Numbered from the stretch's first letter, positions 9,316 through 18,843 are shown. The stretch: DNA of 64,000 bases from Bacillota bacterium (GCA_023228885.1 JALOAJ010000002.1:53955-117954), one strand, 5' to 3'. Translations and numbers: made by a program. The notes: generated from the letters alone by a model not told the origin.

Positions 9316-11073
9316 TTAGATTGTTTTATTTTTAATTTCTTCTTGTATTGCTGTGATAAACTCGTCAAGGGTGAGAGTGCCCAACTCTCCGTCTTTTCTT
9401 GAGCGAACAGACACGGTGCCCTGCTCCTCCTCTTTATCGCCCGCAATCAGCATATACGGCACTTTTTGCTTTTGCGCCTCACGAATTTTATAACCTATTT
9501 TTTCGTTTCGAGTATCTTTTTCAACCCTAAACCCGCAAGCTTGCAGCCGCGCTGCAACAGCTTCGGCATAATCAAAATGCTTTTCGCTTATAGGCAACAC
9601 TTTAACCTGAACGGGAGCAAGCCATAGCGGGAATGCGCCGGCGTATTTTTCTATCAAAAGGGCAAGCGTTCTTTCATAGCAACCGATGGACGAGCGATGC
9701 ACAATGTATGGGTGTTTTTTTTGCCCATCCGCATCTATATATTCCATCTCAAAACGCTCGGCAAGTTGAAAATCAACCTGTATTGTGATTAATGTGTCCT
9801 CCTTGCCGTGCACATTTTTAATTTGAATATCAAGCTTAGGTCCGTAAAAAGCCGCCTCGCCTTCCGCCTCAACATAGTTTATTTCAAGCCGGTCTAAAAT
9901 ACTTCGCATTATATTTTGAGTGTTTTCCCATTGCTCGGGTGAACCTATATACTTTTCCCGATTTTGCGCATCCCATTTAGAAAACCGAAACGACACATCT
10001 TCGTCCAAGCCCAAGGTTTTAAGCATGAAGGATGCAAGGTCAAGAGAGCCCCTAAATTCATCTTCAAGCTGTTCGGGCGTGCACACAATGTGCCCTTCCG
10101 ACAAGGTAAATTGACGAACGCGTATAAGCCCGTGCATCTCTCCCGAGGCCTCGTTGCGGAAAAGCGTTGCCGTTTCGTTGTACCGAATGGGCAAATCACG
10201 ATAACTCCTCATTTTAGAAAGATACGCCTGAAACTGAAAAGGGCAAGTCATCGGTCGAAGTGCAAAAATCTCTTTATCGCCTTCCTTGCCCATAATAAAC
10301 ATACCGTCACGGTAGTGGTCCCAATGCCCGGATATTTTATATAAATCGCTTTTCGCCATAAAGGGGGTTTTAGTAAGCTGATAGCCTCGCTTTTCTTCTT
10401 CGTCCTCCACAAAGCGCTGCAATATTTGCATAATTCTTGCGCCTTTCGGCATTAAAATAGGCAAGCCTTGCCCGATATATTCGCTTGTTGTAAAAAGCTC
10501 TAATTCACGCCCAAGCCTATTATGGTCACGCTTTTTCGCTTCTTCAAGACGGTGTAAATGTTCATCAAGCTGTTGTCTGTCCGGAAAAGAAACACCGTAT
10601 ATCCTTTGCAGCATTTTGTTTTTTTCATCACCGCGCCAATATGCGCCGGTAACGCTAAGCAGCTTGTATGCTTTAACGGCAGAAGTTTTGCCAAGATGCG
10701 GACCTGCGCAAAGGTCTGCAAAATCCCCTTGCCTGTAAAATGTTATTGCTTCCCCAGCCGGGATTCCCTCAATAAGCTCGATTTTATACGGCTCGCCCTT
10801 TACAAATTCAAGCGCCTCGCTTTTTTCAAGTTCAAACCTTTCGATGGGTAGTCCCTCTTTTATTATTCTTTTCATTTCCTTTTCAATTTTACCCAAATCA
10901 TCAGCGGTAAAAGGCGTTTTTGTATCAAAATCATAATAAAAGCCGCTATCCGTTGCAGGACCTATCGCAAGCTTAACTTCCGGATACAACCGTTTAACGG
11001 CATGAGCCAATATATGAGAGGTTGTGTGCCAAAACACCTGCATTTCATCCGGTTTAATAAATTCGTTAGACAT
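9316..11073 (-). CDS. thrS: Threonine--tRNA ligase (short form, no TGS domain)
   Basis: Begins at the editing-domain motif HTTSHILAHAVKRLYP; class II core (FRNEASGEMHGLIRVRQFT, HRSSIGCYERTL) and C-terminal anticodon-binding domain; 585 aa. Confidence 0.93.
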   Translation of the reverse strand: MSNEFIKPDEMQVFWHTTSHILAHAVKRLYPEVKLAIGPATDSGFYYDFDTKTPFTADDLGKIEKEMKRIIKEGLPIERFELEKSEALEFVKGEPYKIELIEGIPAGEAITFYRQGDFADLCAGPHLGKTSAVKAYKLLSVTGAYWRGDEKNKMLQRIYGVSFPDRQQLDEHLHRLEEAKKRDHNRLGRELELFTTSEYIGQGLPILMPKGARIMQILQRFVEDEEEKRGYQLTKTPFMAKSDLYKISGHWDHYRDGMFIMGKEGDKEIFALRPMTCPFQFQAYLSKMRSYRDLPIRYNETATLFRNEASGEMHGLIRVRQFTLSEGHIVCTPEQLEDEFRGSLDLASFMLKTLGLDEDVSFRFSKWDAQNREKYIGSPEQWENTQNIMRSILDRLEINYVEAEGEAAFYGPKLDIQIKNVHGKEDTLITIQVDFQLAERFEMEYIDADGQKKHPYIVHRSSIGCYERTLALLIEKYAGAFPLWLAPVQVKVLPISEKHFDYAEAVAARLQACGFRVEKDTRNEKIGYKIREAQKQKVPYMLIAGDKEEEQGTVSVRSRKDGELGTLTLDEFITAIQEEIKNKTI

Positions 11074-13372
11074 TTTTATCAGTCCTTTCTGTTTGAGGGC
11101 ATTTGGCGATTTTACCTGCCCCGCCCGATATTACAATTACATTGTCATCGCTGGCGGTAACCGTTACACAACAACCCTTTTTAATTTTATTTGTTATAAA
11201 CATTTCAGAAATTGTAGCTTCAATTTCCTTTGTTATTACCCTTCGCATGGGACGAGCGCCGTACCTAACATCATATCCTTTTTTAACTATATATTCCTTT
11301 AGCTTGTCTGTAAAGCTTATAGCAATACCCTTTTTCTCCGCCGCACTTGCTAAATCGCTTAACATTAAACTGCAAATGTCAAGCAGTTCCGGCTTGGTAA
11401 GCTCTGTAAAAATGATAACATCGTCAATTCTGTTTAAAAACTCAGGACGAAAGATTTGGCTAAGCGCCGTGTCAACCTTTGCTTTTATACCATCGGCTCG
11501 TGAGGTTGCAAAACCCATGGCGTTTGTTTTGAGGTCAGAGCCTGCATTGGATGTCATTATTATTATACAATTTTCAAAATTTACTAACTTTCCTTGGCTA
11601 TCGGTAAGCCTGCCCTCATCAAAAATCTGCAAAAGCAAATTAAAAATATCAGCATGCGCCTTTTCAATTTCATCAAGCAAAATTATGCTGTACGGCTTTC
11701 TGCGCACCTTTTCGGTAAGCTGGCCCGCCTCGTCATACCCCACATACCCCGGAGGCGAGCCTATCATTTTAGAAATTGAATGTTTTTCCGTGTACTCGCT
11801 CATGTCAAGCCTTATAAGGGCGCTCTCATCATCAAAAAGCTCTTTTGCAAGGGTGCGGACAAGCTCCGTTTTACCCACCCCGGTAGGGCCTACAAATATA
11901 AACGACACCGGACGCCTGCTGTCTGACAACCCCGCTCGGTTAATTCTTATTGCCCGTGACACCGCATTTACAGCGTCCTGTTGACCAATCAGGCGCTTGT
12001 GTAATCGCTTTTCCAAATTAATAAGCCTGTCGGATTCCAACTCGGTTATTCTTTGGACGGGAATTTTTGTCCACATCTCAATGACGGCGGCAATATCATC
12101 CACCGTGAGAACTGTTGGTGCGCATTGCTCTTTGAGTTTGCTAATTTCTTCGGTTAAACGACATTCGTTTATTTTTAAATTAGCCGCCTTTTGATAGTCT
12201 TCTATCGAATCGGCAGAGGCAGCGCTTTCTTTTTGTTGTTGAACTGTTCTTAATTCGTTCTTTAAATTTTCAAGCTTGGTTAGGTTGATGTTATTGAGAT
12301 TTGCTCTGGAGCCCGCCTCATCAATCACATCTATTGCCTTATCAGGCAAAAACCTGTCCGAAATGTATCTTTTTGACAAAAGCGTTGCTGTTTTTATTAT
12401 TTCATCGGTAATTATAACAGTATGATGTCTTTCATAATATTCTTTTATACCTTTTATTATTTCAATCGTTTCGCCCACCGATGGCTCCTCTACAATAACA
12501 GGTTGAAAACGCCGCTCAAGCGCGCTGTCTTTTTCAATATGCTTGCGGTATTCTTCAAGAGTTGTTGCCCCTATAACCTGAATTTCGCCCTTTGAAAGCG
12601 CTGGCTTTAAAATGTTTGCCGCCCCCATTGCGCCCTCCGCATCACCGGCAGCCACAATGTTGTGGAGTTCATCAATAACAAAGATAATGTTACCCGCGGC
12701 TTTTGCTTCGTCAATAATAGCTTTAACCCGAGCTTCAAATTGACCTCTAAATTGCGTGCCTGCAACAATCGCCGCAAAATCAAGCAAATATATTTCTTTT
12801 TCAAGCAGCTTGGACGGAACATCCTTTTCCGCAATTTTTACCGCAAGCCCCTCCGCTATCGCAGTTTTTCCAACACCCGGCTCGCCTATCAATACAGGGT
12901 TGTTTTTTGTGCGGCGGTTAAGTATTTGCGTTATTCTTTTAATTTCGTCTTTGCGCCCCACAACCCTATCTATTTTATTGTTTTTAGCCCGCTCGGTCAG
13001 GTTAGTGCCAAACTGTTCTAAAACCTTTTTGCCACCCGCCTTTTCCGTTGCTTTGGTTTTTGCTTTTTTAGGCCTATCATCTGTATTGCCGCCATGTTTA
13101 TCATTACTTGAATCTGAAAACAAGCCTTCCATCATAGGCATCATTTCTTGAAACTTTTCCTGCGTAAACTCCGGCAACGACTTCATAATCCCTTTATTCA
13201 TTTCGTCAAACTGTTTTTCGTCTATTCCCATTTGCGCAATTATATCGTTAAGCGGCTCAATCCCAAGTTCCTTTGCACAGGTTAAACAATAACCTTCGTT
13301 TTTTTGCACACCGCTTTCAACCTTTGTAACAAATACAACAGCAATATTTTTATTGCACCGTTTGCATAGCAT
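11066..13372 (-). CDS. clpE: ClpE-like Clp/Hsp100 ATPase with N-terminal zinc ribbon
   Basis: N-terminal CKRC...x24...CLTC ribbon instead of Clp_N repeats; two AAA+ modules (GEPGVGKT, GPTGVGKT); MGF tripeptide at the ClpP-loop position; ATG at 13372 is 8 nt after GGGGG (the track's GTG at 13381 abuts the SD). Confidence 0.85.
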   Translation of the reverse strand: MLCKRCNKNIAVVFVTKVESGVQKNEGYCLTCAKELGIEPLNDIIAQMGIDEKQFDEMNKGIMKSLPEFTQEKFQEMMPMMEGLFSDSSNDKHGGNTDDRPKKAKTKATEKAGGKKVLEQFGTNLTERAKNNKIDRVVGRKDEIKRITQILNRRTKNNPVLIGEPGVGKTAIAEGLAVKIAEKDVPSKLLEKEIYLLDFAAIVAGTQFRGQFEARVKAIIDEAKAAGNIIFVIDELHNIVAAGDAEGAMGAANILKPALSKGEIQVIGATTLEEYRKHIEKDSALERRFQPVIVEEPSVGETIEIIKGIKEYYERHHTVIITDEIIKTATLLSKRYISDRFLPDKAIDVIDEAGSRANLNNINLTKLENLKNELRTVQQQKESAASADSIEDYQKAANLKINECRLTEEISKLKEQCAPTVLTVDDIAAVIEMWTKIPVQRITELESDRLINLEKRLHKRLIGQQDAVNAVSRAIRINRAGLSDSRRPVSFIFVGPTGVGKTELVRTLAKELFDDESALIRLDMSEYTEKHSISKMIGSPPGYVGYDEAGQLTEKVRRKPYSIILLDEIEKAHADIFNLLLQIFDEGRLTDSQGKLVNFENCIIIMTSNAGSDLKTNAMGFATSRADGIKAKVDTALSQIFRPEFLNRIDDVIIFTELTKPELLDICSLMLSDLASAAEKKGIAISFTDKLKEYIVKKGYDVRYGARPMRRVITKEIEATISEMFITNKIKKGCCVTVTASDDNVIVISGGAGKIAKCPQTERTDKNV

Positions 13373-13448
13373 AATCTGCACCCCCGCTGAAATTCGCCCA
13401 CATTTATTAAATCATAAAACCACAGGTTTTAAAATGACCATTGTATTT

Positions 13449-13477
13449 ATTATAATACAAACCTTGCGAAATTGCAA
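13449..13477 (-). promoter_or_regulatory. Sigma-A type promoter for clpE-thrS
   Basis: On the minus strand TTGCAA-17 nt-TATAAT, about 75 nt upstream of the clpE ATG. Confidence 0.5.
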
Positions 13478-13529
13478 TACACGATAATCAACACAAAAAC
13501 ATAAAATTCTTTTAAGTTCTAAAATTATT

Positions 13530-13558
13530 TTGCTTTTTTTTAAAAAGTATTGTATAAT
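13530..13558 (+). promoter_or_regulatory. Sigma-A type promoter for pfp
   Basis: TTGCTT-17 nt-TATAAT (TG immediately upstream of the -10), 33 nt before the RBS/ATG. Confidence 0.5.
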
Positions 13559-13590
13559 AAAATTGCGAATTTTTAAAAGGGGGAAATGTT

Positions 13591-14808
13591 ATGTTAAAAG
13601 GAAATGCAGTAGTGGGACAATCAGGGGGACCGACATCCGTCATTAACGCTTCTTTGGCAGGCGTAATTAAAGGCTGCCTAAGCAGCGATAAAATAGAAAC
13701 GGTCTTTGGTGCGGAGCATGGAATCGAAGGTGTTTTAAACGAAAATTTTGTTAATCTTTCCGAAAGGTTTGCAAATGATGACGAATTAAATCTTTTAATA
13801 AATACACCTGCCGCATACCTCGGCTCATGCCGCTATAAACTTCCCAAGGATTGTGACGATACTTTTGCCAAAATTTTTGAAATATTTAAAAAGAATAATG
13901 TATGTTATTTCTTTTATATAGGTGGGAATGATTCAATGGACACCGTCAGCAAGCTGTCCGAGTATGCAAAATCGGTTGACTTTCCCATAAATATCATAGG
14001 GGTTCCGAAAACGATAGATAACGACCTTGCAATTACCGACCATACTCCGGGCTTTGGCTCTGCTGCAAAATACATTGCAACCAGCTTGCGCGAAATTGCT
14101 TGTGATGCGCAAGTTTATGATTCTAACACCGTAACAATAATTGAAATAATGGGCAGAAACGCAGGATGGCTGACAGCGGCGGCAGCGCTTGCACGGACAA
14201 GCAATGAGCAAGCTCCGCACCTTATTTACCTGCCGGAGCTGCCTTTTGACACAGATAAATTTCTTTCAGACATTGAAAAGGTTAGCAAAACTCATAAAAA
14301 TGTAATCGCGGTTGTATCGGAAGGCGTTAAAACAAAAGATGGAGATTATGTCTGCGATAGCGCCACGGTAAATATAGTTGACAGTTTTGGTCATAAACAG
14401 CTTTCCGGAACAGCAAAGTTTTTATCCGACATTGTTCACGATAAATTCGGGTGGAAGGTTAGAGACATCGAATTTAGCCTTTTGCAACGTTGTGCGGCGC
14501 ACATAACATCCCAAACGGATTTAACCGAGGCGGAACAAATCGGAACTGCAGGCGTTATGGCGGCTGTCAATGGTGAAACGGGTAAAATGATGTATTTTAA
14601 AAGGGTTTCGGAAAATCCCTACAAAACCGAAATTTTATCATACAACGCCTCAGCTATTGCCAATGTTGAAAAAACTGTTCCCCGCGAATGGATAAATGAA
14701 GAAGGCAACGATATACTCCCAGCGGCTGTTGACTACATGCTTCCGTTGATTCAGGGCGAGGTTAAAATAAAATTTGAAAACGGTCTGCCGGTATATCTTA
14801 AAAGATAA
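13591..14808 (+). CDS. pfp: 6-phosphofructokinase, probably PPi-dependent (Pfp type)
   Basis: PFK family motifs GGPTSVINAS, GGNDS (Asp where ATP-PFK has the Gly of GGDGS) and PKTIDND (Lys where ATP-PFK has Gly); MGRNAGW. Confidence 0.85.
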   Translation: MLKGNAVVGQSGGPTSVINASLAGVIKGCLSSDKIETVFGAEHGIEGVLNENFVNLSERFANDDELNLLINTPAAYLGSCRYKLPKDCDDTFAKIFEIFKKNNVCYFFYIGGNDSMDTVSKLSEYAKSVDFPINIIGVPKTIDNDLAITDHTPGFGSAAKYIATSLREIACDAQVYDSNTVTIIEIMGRNAGWLTAAAALARTSNEQAPHLIYLPELPFDTDKFLSDIEKVSKTHKNVIAVVSEGVKTKDGDYVCDSATVNIVDSFGHKQLSGTAKFLSDIVHDKFGWKVRDIEFSLLQRCAAHITSQTDLTEAEQIGTAGVMAAVNGETGKMMYFKRVSENPYKTEILSYNASAIANVEKTVPREWINEEGNDILPAAVDYMLPLIQGEVKIKFENGLPVYLKR

Positions 14809-14879
14809 AAAATTCCTTGTAAATATTATCATAACGGTGTATAATGTATATGATATTATATGTGAAGGAGTGGTTTGGA

Positions 14880-15197
14880 ATGAAATTAATTTTGGCAATC
14901 GTCCAGCATGAGGATAGTGCGGCAGTTTCAGAAGAACTTACAAAAAACAAAATCAATGTTACCAAGCTTGCTTCCACAGGTGGTTTTTTAAGAGCAGGGA
15001 ATGTTACCTTTTTAATCGGTACAGATGAAGAACATATCGATAATATAATTGACATAATAAAAAATAAGTGCAAATCAAGAACGGAGCTTGCAGCGCCCGC
15101 CGCCATGTATATGGGGGCATCGGCATGGCCTGTGGAGGTTGTTGTCGGCGGTGCGACAATATTTGTTTTGGATGTTGACAGGTTTGAAAAGGTATGA
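14880..15197 (+). CDS. darA: Cyclic-di-AMP receptor DarA (YaaQ/PstA, PII-like)
   Basis: MKLILAIVQHEDS...VTKLASTGGFLRAGNVTFLIG...VVVGGATIFVL aligns along its length with B. subtilis YaaQ; ATG 8 nt after AAGGAG; conserved position upstream of holB. Confidence 0.9.
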   Translation: MKLILAIVQHEDSAAVSEELTKNKINVTKLASTGGFLRAGNVTFLIGTDEEHIDNIIDIIKNKCKSRTELAAPAAMYMGASAWPVEVVVGGATIFVLDVDRFEKV

Positions 15198-16081
15198 TTT
15201 TTGACGGCATATACGGGCATGATGATGTAAAGCAAAAACTTGCCGATGCAACAAGCAATAACGCTGTTTTCCATGCTTATATATTTTGCGGAAACAGCGG
15301 TATCGGCAAAACTTCCGTTGCCCGCAAGTTTGCGAAGCACCTTACCGGCAACAGCGAGCCTGATATGATTACCGTTACAAATGAGCGGTACGGGGTTAAA
15401 AAAGCATCTTTTTCTGTTGATACGGTCCGCGCCGCAAGGCTTGATATGTATGTAAAGCCGTATATTGCCGATAAAAAAGTTTTTATTTTTCCAAAAGCAG
15501 ATACCATGACTGTTGAGGCGCAAAACGCACTTTTAACCGTTTTTGAAGAGCCGCCTCCATATGTTGTTATAATTTTAATTTCATGTGGGGAACGGGCTTT
15601 TTTGCCTACCATTCGGTCACGTGCGCTTGCAATTAGGTTTTCACCGTTGCCTGACCTTATAATAGCTCAATATCTAAAGGATAAATACAATTCATCCTTT
15701 GACGACATCACCATGCGCCTATGCAACGGCAGCATTGAAATGGCAGACAGGCTGATGACAAACGAAGGTTTGCGCAACAGTGCAAATGACTTTGCCAAAG
15801 TTTTTAAAGAATTTATCGGCACAGACAAACTGTCCATCTACAAAGCGGCAGAGTTTTTTGAAAAAGAAAAAGATAAATATAACACTTATTTCGATGTTAT
15901 GAGCATAATGCTTTCCGATTTCTTGTTTGAAAAAGACAACGCCCCGGGCGTAAATAAAGGTGCTATGGTGGAAATATTGGATAACATTGAAAAAACAAAA
16001 GGAGCAATCGCCCGGCACAGAAATTACAATATTGCTGTAAATGAATTGCTACTTGGCGCTTGGAGGGCCTTGCATGGTTAA
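15194..16081 (+). CDS. holB: DNA polymerase III delta-prime subunit
   Basis: HAYIFCGNSGIGKT Walker-like motif, AQNALLTVFEEPP, SRA motif (TIRSRA); synteny darA-holB-ricT. Confidence 0.85.
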   Translation: MIFDGIYGHDDVKQKLADATSNNAVFHAYIFCGNSGIGKTSVARKFAKHLTGNSEPDMITVTNERYGVKKASFSVDTVRAARLDMYVKPYIADKKVFIFPKADTMTVEAQNALLTVFEEPPPYVVIILISCGERAFLPTIRSRALAIRFSPLPDLIIAQYLKDKYNSSFDDITMRLCNGSIEMADRLMTNEGLRNSANDFAKVFKEFIGTDKLSIYKAAEFFEKEKDKYNTYFDVMSIMLSDFLFEKDNAPGVNKGAMVEILDNIEKTKGAIARHRNYNIAVNELLLGAWRALHG

Positions 16082-16946
16082 TATAGTTGGAATACACTTT
16101 AAAAATGCGGACAAAATTTATTATTTCGACCCTGAAAATCAATTCTATCAAAAGGGTGAAAAGGTAATAGTTGAAACCGTACGCGGCGTTGAAATGGGTG
16201 AAGTTGTGCTTTCAAACAGAATGGTGCCGCGCGAATCTGTCGTTATGCCGTTAAACCCCATTATGCGCAAGGCGGAAAAAAAGGATTTTAAGCAACTTGC
16301 CGAAAACGAAAAGCTGGAAAAAGAGGCTTTCGATGTTTGCAACGCAAAGGTAAAGGAGCATGGCTTGGATATGAAGCTTATAGATGTTAAATGCACCTTT
16401 GACTGCAGCAAAATTTTATTTTATTTTACCGCCGATGGGCGTGTGGATTTTCGTGAGCTGGTAAAAAGCCTTGCAGCTGTTTTTAAAACAAGAATAGAGC
16501 TTAGACAAATAGGTGTTCGTGACGAAGCGAAAATGTTAGGCGGCATGGGCGTATGCGGGATGGAGCTTTGCTGCAGAAGGTTTTTGGATTCGTTCCAACC
16601 TGTGTCAATTAAAATGGCTAAGGAGCAAGGATTGTCATTAAATCCTGCTAAAATTTCCGGCACATGCGGGCGGCTTATGTGTTGCTTGAAGTATGAACAA
16701 GAAACTTACGAGCATTTGCTCAAATACACGCCAAAAATAGGCGCAATCGTTCAAACCCCGGATGGAAAGGGCACTGTTGTTGAAACCAATCTGCTTACCG
16801 GAAAAATAAAGGTGAACCTTAAAAAAAATGATGATAGCGTCAACCACATCTACGATGTGAAGGATTTAGTTATAATAAAAGATGCCGACATTAAACTTAC
16901 ACCGGAAGAAGTAAAAGAGTTGGGAAAACTGGAAGATGACAAATAA
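16074..16946 (+). CDS. ricT: PSP1-domain regulator RicT (YaaT)
   Basis: VNIVGIHFKNADKIYYFDP...FYFTADGRVDFRELVK...IELRQIGVRDEAKMLGG...CGRLMCCLKYE closely matches B. subtilis YaaT; ATGGTTAA overlap with the holB stop. Confidence 0.9.
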   Translation: MVNIVGIHFKNADKIYYFDPENQFYQKGEKVIVETVRGVEMGEVVLSNRMVPRESVVMPLNPIMRKAEKKDFKQLAENEKLEKEAFDVCNAKVKEHGLDMKLIDVKCTFDCSKILFYFTADGRVDFRELVKSLAAVFKTRIELRQIGVRDEAKMLGGMGVCGMELCCRRFLDSFQPVSIKMAKEQGLSLNPAKISGTCGRLMCCLKYEQETYEHLLKYTPKIGAIVQTPDGKGTVVETNLLTGKIKVNLKKNDDSVNHIYDVKDLVIIKDADIKLTPEEVKELGKLEDDK

Positions 16947-17083
16947 GCAACTAACACTTGCTTTTGTAATGGCGTTGCCTGCTCATAAGGTAAGGCAATA
17001 CCCTTTCTTGCACCTTACTTAAATATCTCATGGTGCAAGGTTTAGTTAAAAATAATATATAAAACTTAAACGGAGGTGTTAAA

Positions 17084-17254
17084 ATGGCTTATGTCATAAC
17101 AGACGACTGCATCAGCTGCGGCGCTTGCGAACCGGAATGCCCGGTATCATGCATTACGCCGGGTGATGATAAGTATGTAATTGATCCCGAATCGTGTATC
17201 GATTGCGGTGCATGTGCAAATGTGTGCCCTGTTGACGCTCCGATTCCGGAATAA
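17084..17254 (+). CDS. fdx: 2x[4Fe-4S] ferredoxin (56 aa; below the ORF-track cutoff)
   Basis: MAYVITDDCISCGACEPECP...CIDCGACANVCP carries two CxxCxxCxxxCP motifs; GGAGGTG RBS 6 nt upstream; flanked by hairpins. Confidence 0.85.
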   Translation: MAYVITDDCISCGACEPECPVSCITPGDDKYVIDPESCIDCGACANVCPVDAPIPE

Positions 17255-17260
17255 TTTAGA

Positions 17261-17303
17261 TTAAGGCTGTTTTGAAAAATAACAAAACAGCCTTAATTTT
17301 TTT
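17261..17303. terminator. Bidirectional rho-independent terminator (fdx / rsiV-like)
   Basis: 13-bp perfect stem TTAAGGCTGTTTT / AAAACAGCCTTAA, 10-nt loop, then TTTTTTT. Confidence 0.8.
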
Positions 17304-18165
17304 ATCTTATTGTATGCGGCGCTGTTATACTTTTTGGGATTATAAATTCCGGGCTGCCTTGCGCCCCTGCGGCAACCTCGTATTTGTCAAAGCATATAAC
17401 AATATTTCCGTCGCTGTTTATATAAAAATTTTGGTCTGCATTGATATTTTCAAACACTTCTGTAATATATTCTTGGGGCTCAACCCAAAACAGCCCATCC
17501 TCCTCCTTGTTTTGCCGCAACATTTCACCTTGAATATAACTGCTTAAAATACCAACATAATCTGTACCTTTTTTAAATATACCGTTTAGCGACAACAGCT
17601 GTCCGGTTTTTTTGTCTATGGTATAAAAAGTATGCTTTGTAGAGGACGAGCCGGCGATATTGAGCAAATATACATCTATTGCCAAAATATCGTCTGTGTC
17701 GGTTTTTATAATATAGTTTGATTCAACCCCCATATGAATAGTTTCATCACCGTATAATGCTTTTAATTCTTTTAAGTCATTCTCATAGGCTGCTATAACG
17801 GCGTTTGCGTTTTCCTTGAAGCTCTCGTTTAGCTGTTTTTCAAAATCCTTGTCTAAAAGCCCTTCTATTGCAGGCGTAACAACCTTTGCCTGATACCCGT
17901 TTTCCTGCGTTTCGTATTTTCCAAAGGTGAAAACTTTAATAATAGCGTTTATCACAGAGTTCCTTTCAAAAGCATATGCAAAGCTTGGGCTTAAATTTAA
18001 CAATGTTATGCATGCTGTAACTGCAATAGCCGCGGCTGCTCCGCTTATTTTAAAAAGCATTGCTTTTCCCCGTTTTTTTTCCATCGACTTTTCAATCCTT
18101 TCTTTTAAAGCTTTGGGAGCTTTGATTTTTTCATATTCCGACTTGGCATGCTCAAAACCCTTCAT
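17302..18165 (-). CDS. RsiV-like anti-sigma factor (DUF4163 + DUF3298 ectodomain)
   Basis: Short cytoplasmic N-terminus, single TM (LFKISGAAAAIAVTACITLL), ectodomain ending FYINSDGNIVICFDKYEVAAGAQGSPEFIIP (DUF3298 signature); 14-nt overlap with the upstream ECF sigma. Confidence 0.7.
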   Translation of the reverse strand: MKGFEHAKSEYEKIKAPKALKERIEKSMEKKRGKAMLFKISGAAAAIAVTACITLLNLSPSFAYAFERNSVINAIIKVFTFGKYETQENGYQAKVVTPAIEGLLDKDFEKQLNESFKENANAVIAAYENDLKELKALYGDETIHMGVESNYIIKTDTDDILAIDVYLLNIAGSSSTKHTFYTIDKKTGQLLSLNGIFKKGTDYVGILSSYIQGEMLRQNKEEDGLFWVEPQEYITEVFENINADQNFYINSDGNIVICFDKYEVAAGAQGSPEFIIPKSITAPHTIR

Positions 18166-18640
18166 GTTTATCCTCCAAACTTATTTTTAATAGTTTTAGT
18201 GCACTATAAAGCCTTGTTTTTACAGTATTTTCATTGATATTTAAAACCTCTGATATTTCCTTTATTTTCATATCCTCCAAAAACCTTAGAACAATAACAA
18301 CACGATGGTTTTCGTCAAGCAGGCTTACTATACTTTGAATAGTGATGTGCGAATAATCATCGTTAGACTCGCAAAGCGTATCCATCTTGTTATTTTCAAT
18401 AAAATACAGCTTTGATTTTTTCTTTAAATGCGTAAATGCGGTATTTGCAATTATTTTGTAAAACCATGTTTTCAAATGCTGAGGCTTTTTCAAACGATTT
18501 ATGGATTTCAACGCCTTTAAAACGCTGTCGCTGACAATATCTTCTGCATCCTTTTCGTTTTTTACAAATGTAAACGCGAAGCGGTATGCTAAATCCAAGT
18601 TGGTAACTAAGTAATCATTAAACAGTTTGTTTTTGTCCAT
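18152..18640 (-). CDS. ECF (sigma-70 family) RNA polymerase sigma factor, SigV-like
   Basis: Region 2 (DAEDIVSDSVLKAL...WFYKIIANTAF) and region 4 HTH (IKEISEVLNINENTVKTRLYSALKLL); 162 aa. Confidence 0.85.
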   Translation of the reverse strand: MDKNKLFNDYLVTNLDLAYRFAFTFVKNEKDAEDIVSDSVLKALKSINRLKKPQHLKTWFYKIIANTAFTHLKKKSKLYFIENNKMDTLCESNDDYSHITIQSIVSLLDENHRVVIVLRFLEDMKIKEISEVLNINENTVKTRLYSALKLLKISLEDKHEGF

Positions 18641-18814
18641 TTTTTCGCCCCTTCTATTTGTTTAGACTGTTGTGAACGCAAAAAAGTTTTAAAAACTTTA
18701 TTTCTTTTTCACAAAATCATTTGGTATTAACTGTATTCGCCTTTCTTTGGTAACATACTACAAACTTTGTAGCATTTTGTCAACAAGAAATGTGAACTTT
18801 AAATTTACCGAACA

Positions 18815-18843
18815 TTGACAGTTTTATCTTTCAATGTTATACT
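18815..18843 (+). promoter_or_regulatory. Sigma-A promoter for the diguanylate cyclase gene
   Basis: TTGACA-17 nt-TATACT; the ORF-track start at 18815 is the TTG of this -35 box. Confidence 0.55.

Noticed and set aside
11103-11984. A 293-aa ORF antisense to clpE. Similar long antisense ORFs occur at 41186-41938 (tex), 14798-15523 (darA/holB), 5737-6399 (addB/addA), 62539-63096 (parC-like) and 43868-44413 (galK).
   Set aside because: All lie in the stop-poor frame opposite well-supported genes. Their Ser/Ile/Phe/Leu-rich low-complexity composition is typical of shadow ORFs, and they have no RBS or start context. I treat them as artefacts of sense-strand codon usage.
13382-13448. Search for a CtsR operator or CIRCE element in the clpE leader.
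   Set aside because: Only a single GGTCA half-site (GGTCATTTTAAAACC) is present. There is no tandem GGTCAAA heptad repeat and no TTAGCACTC-N9-GAGTGCTAA.
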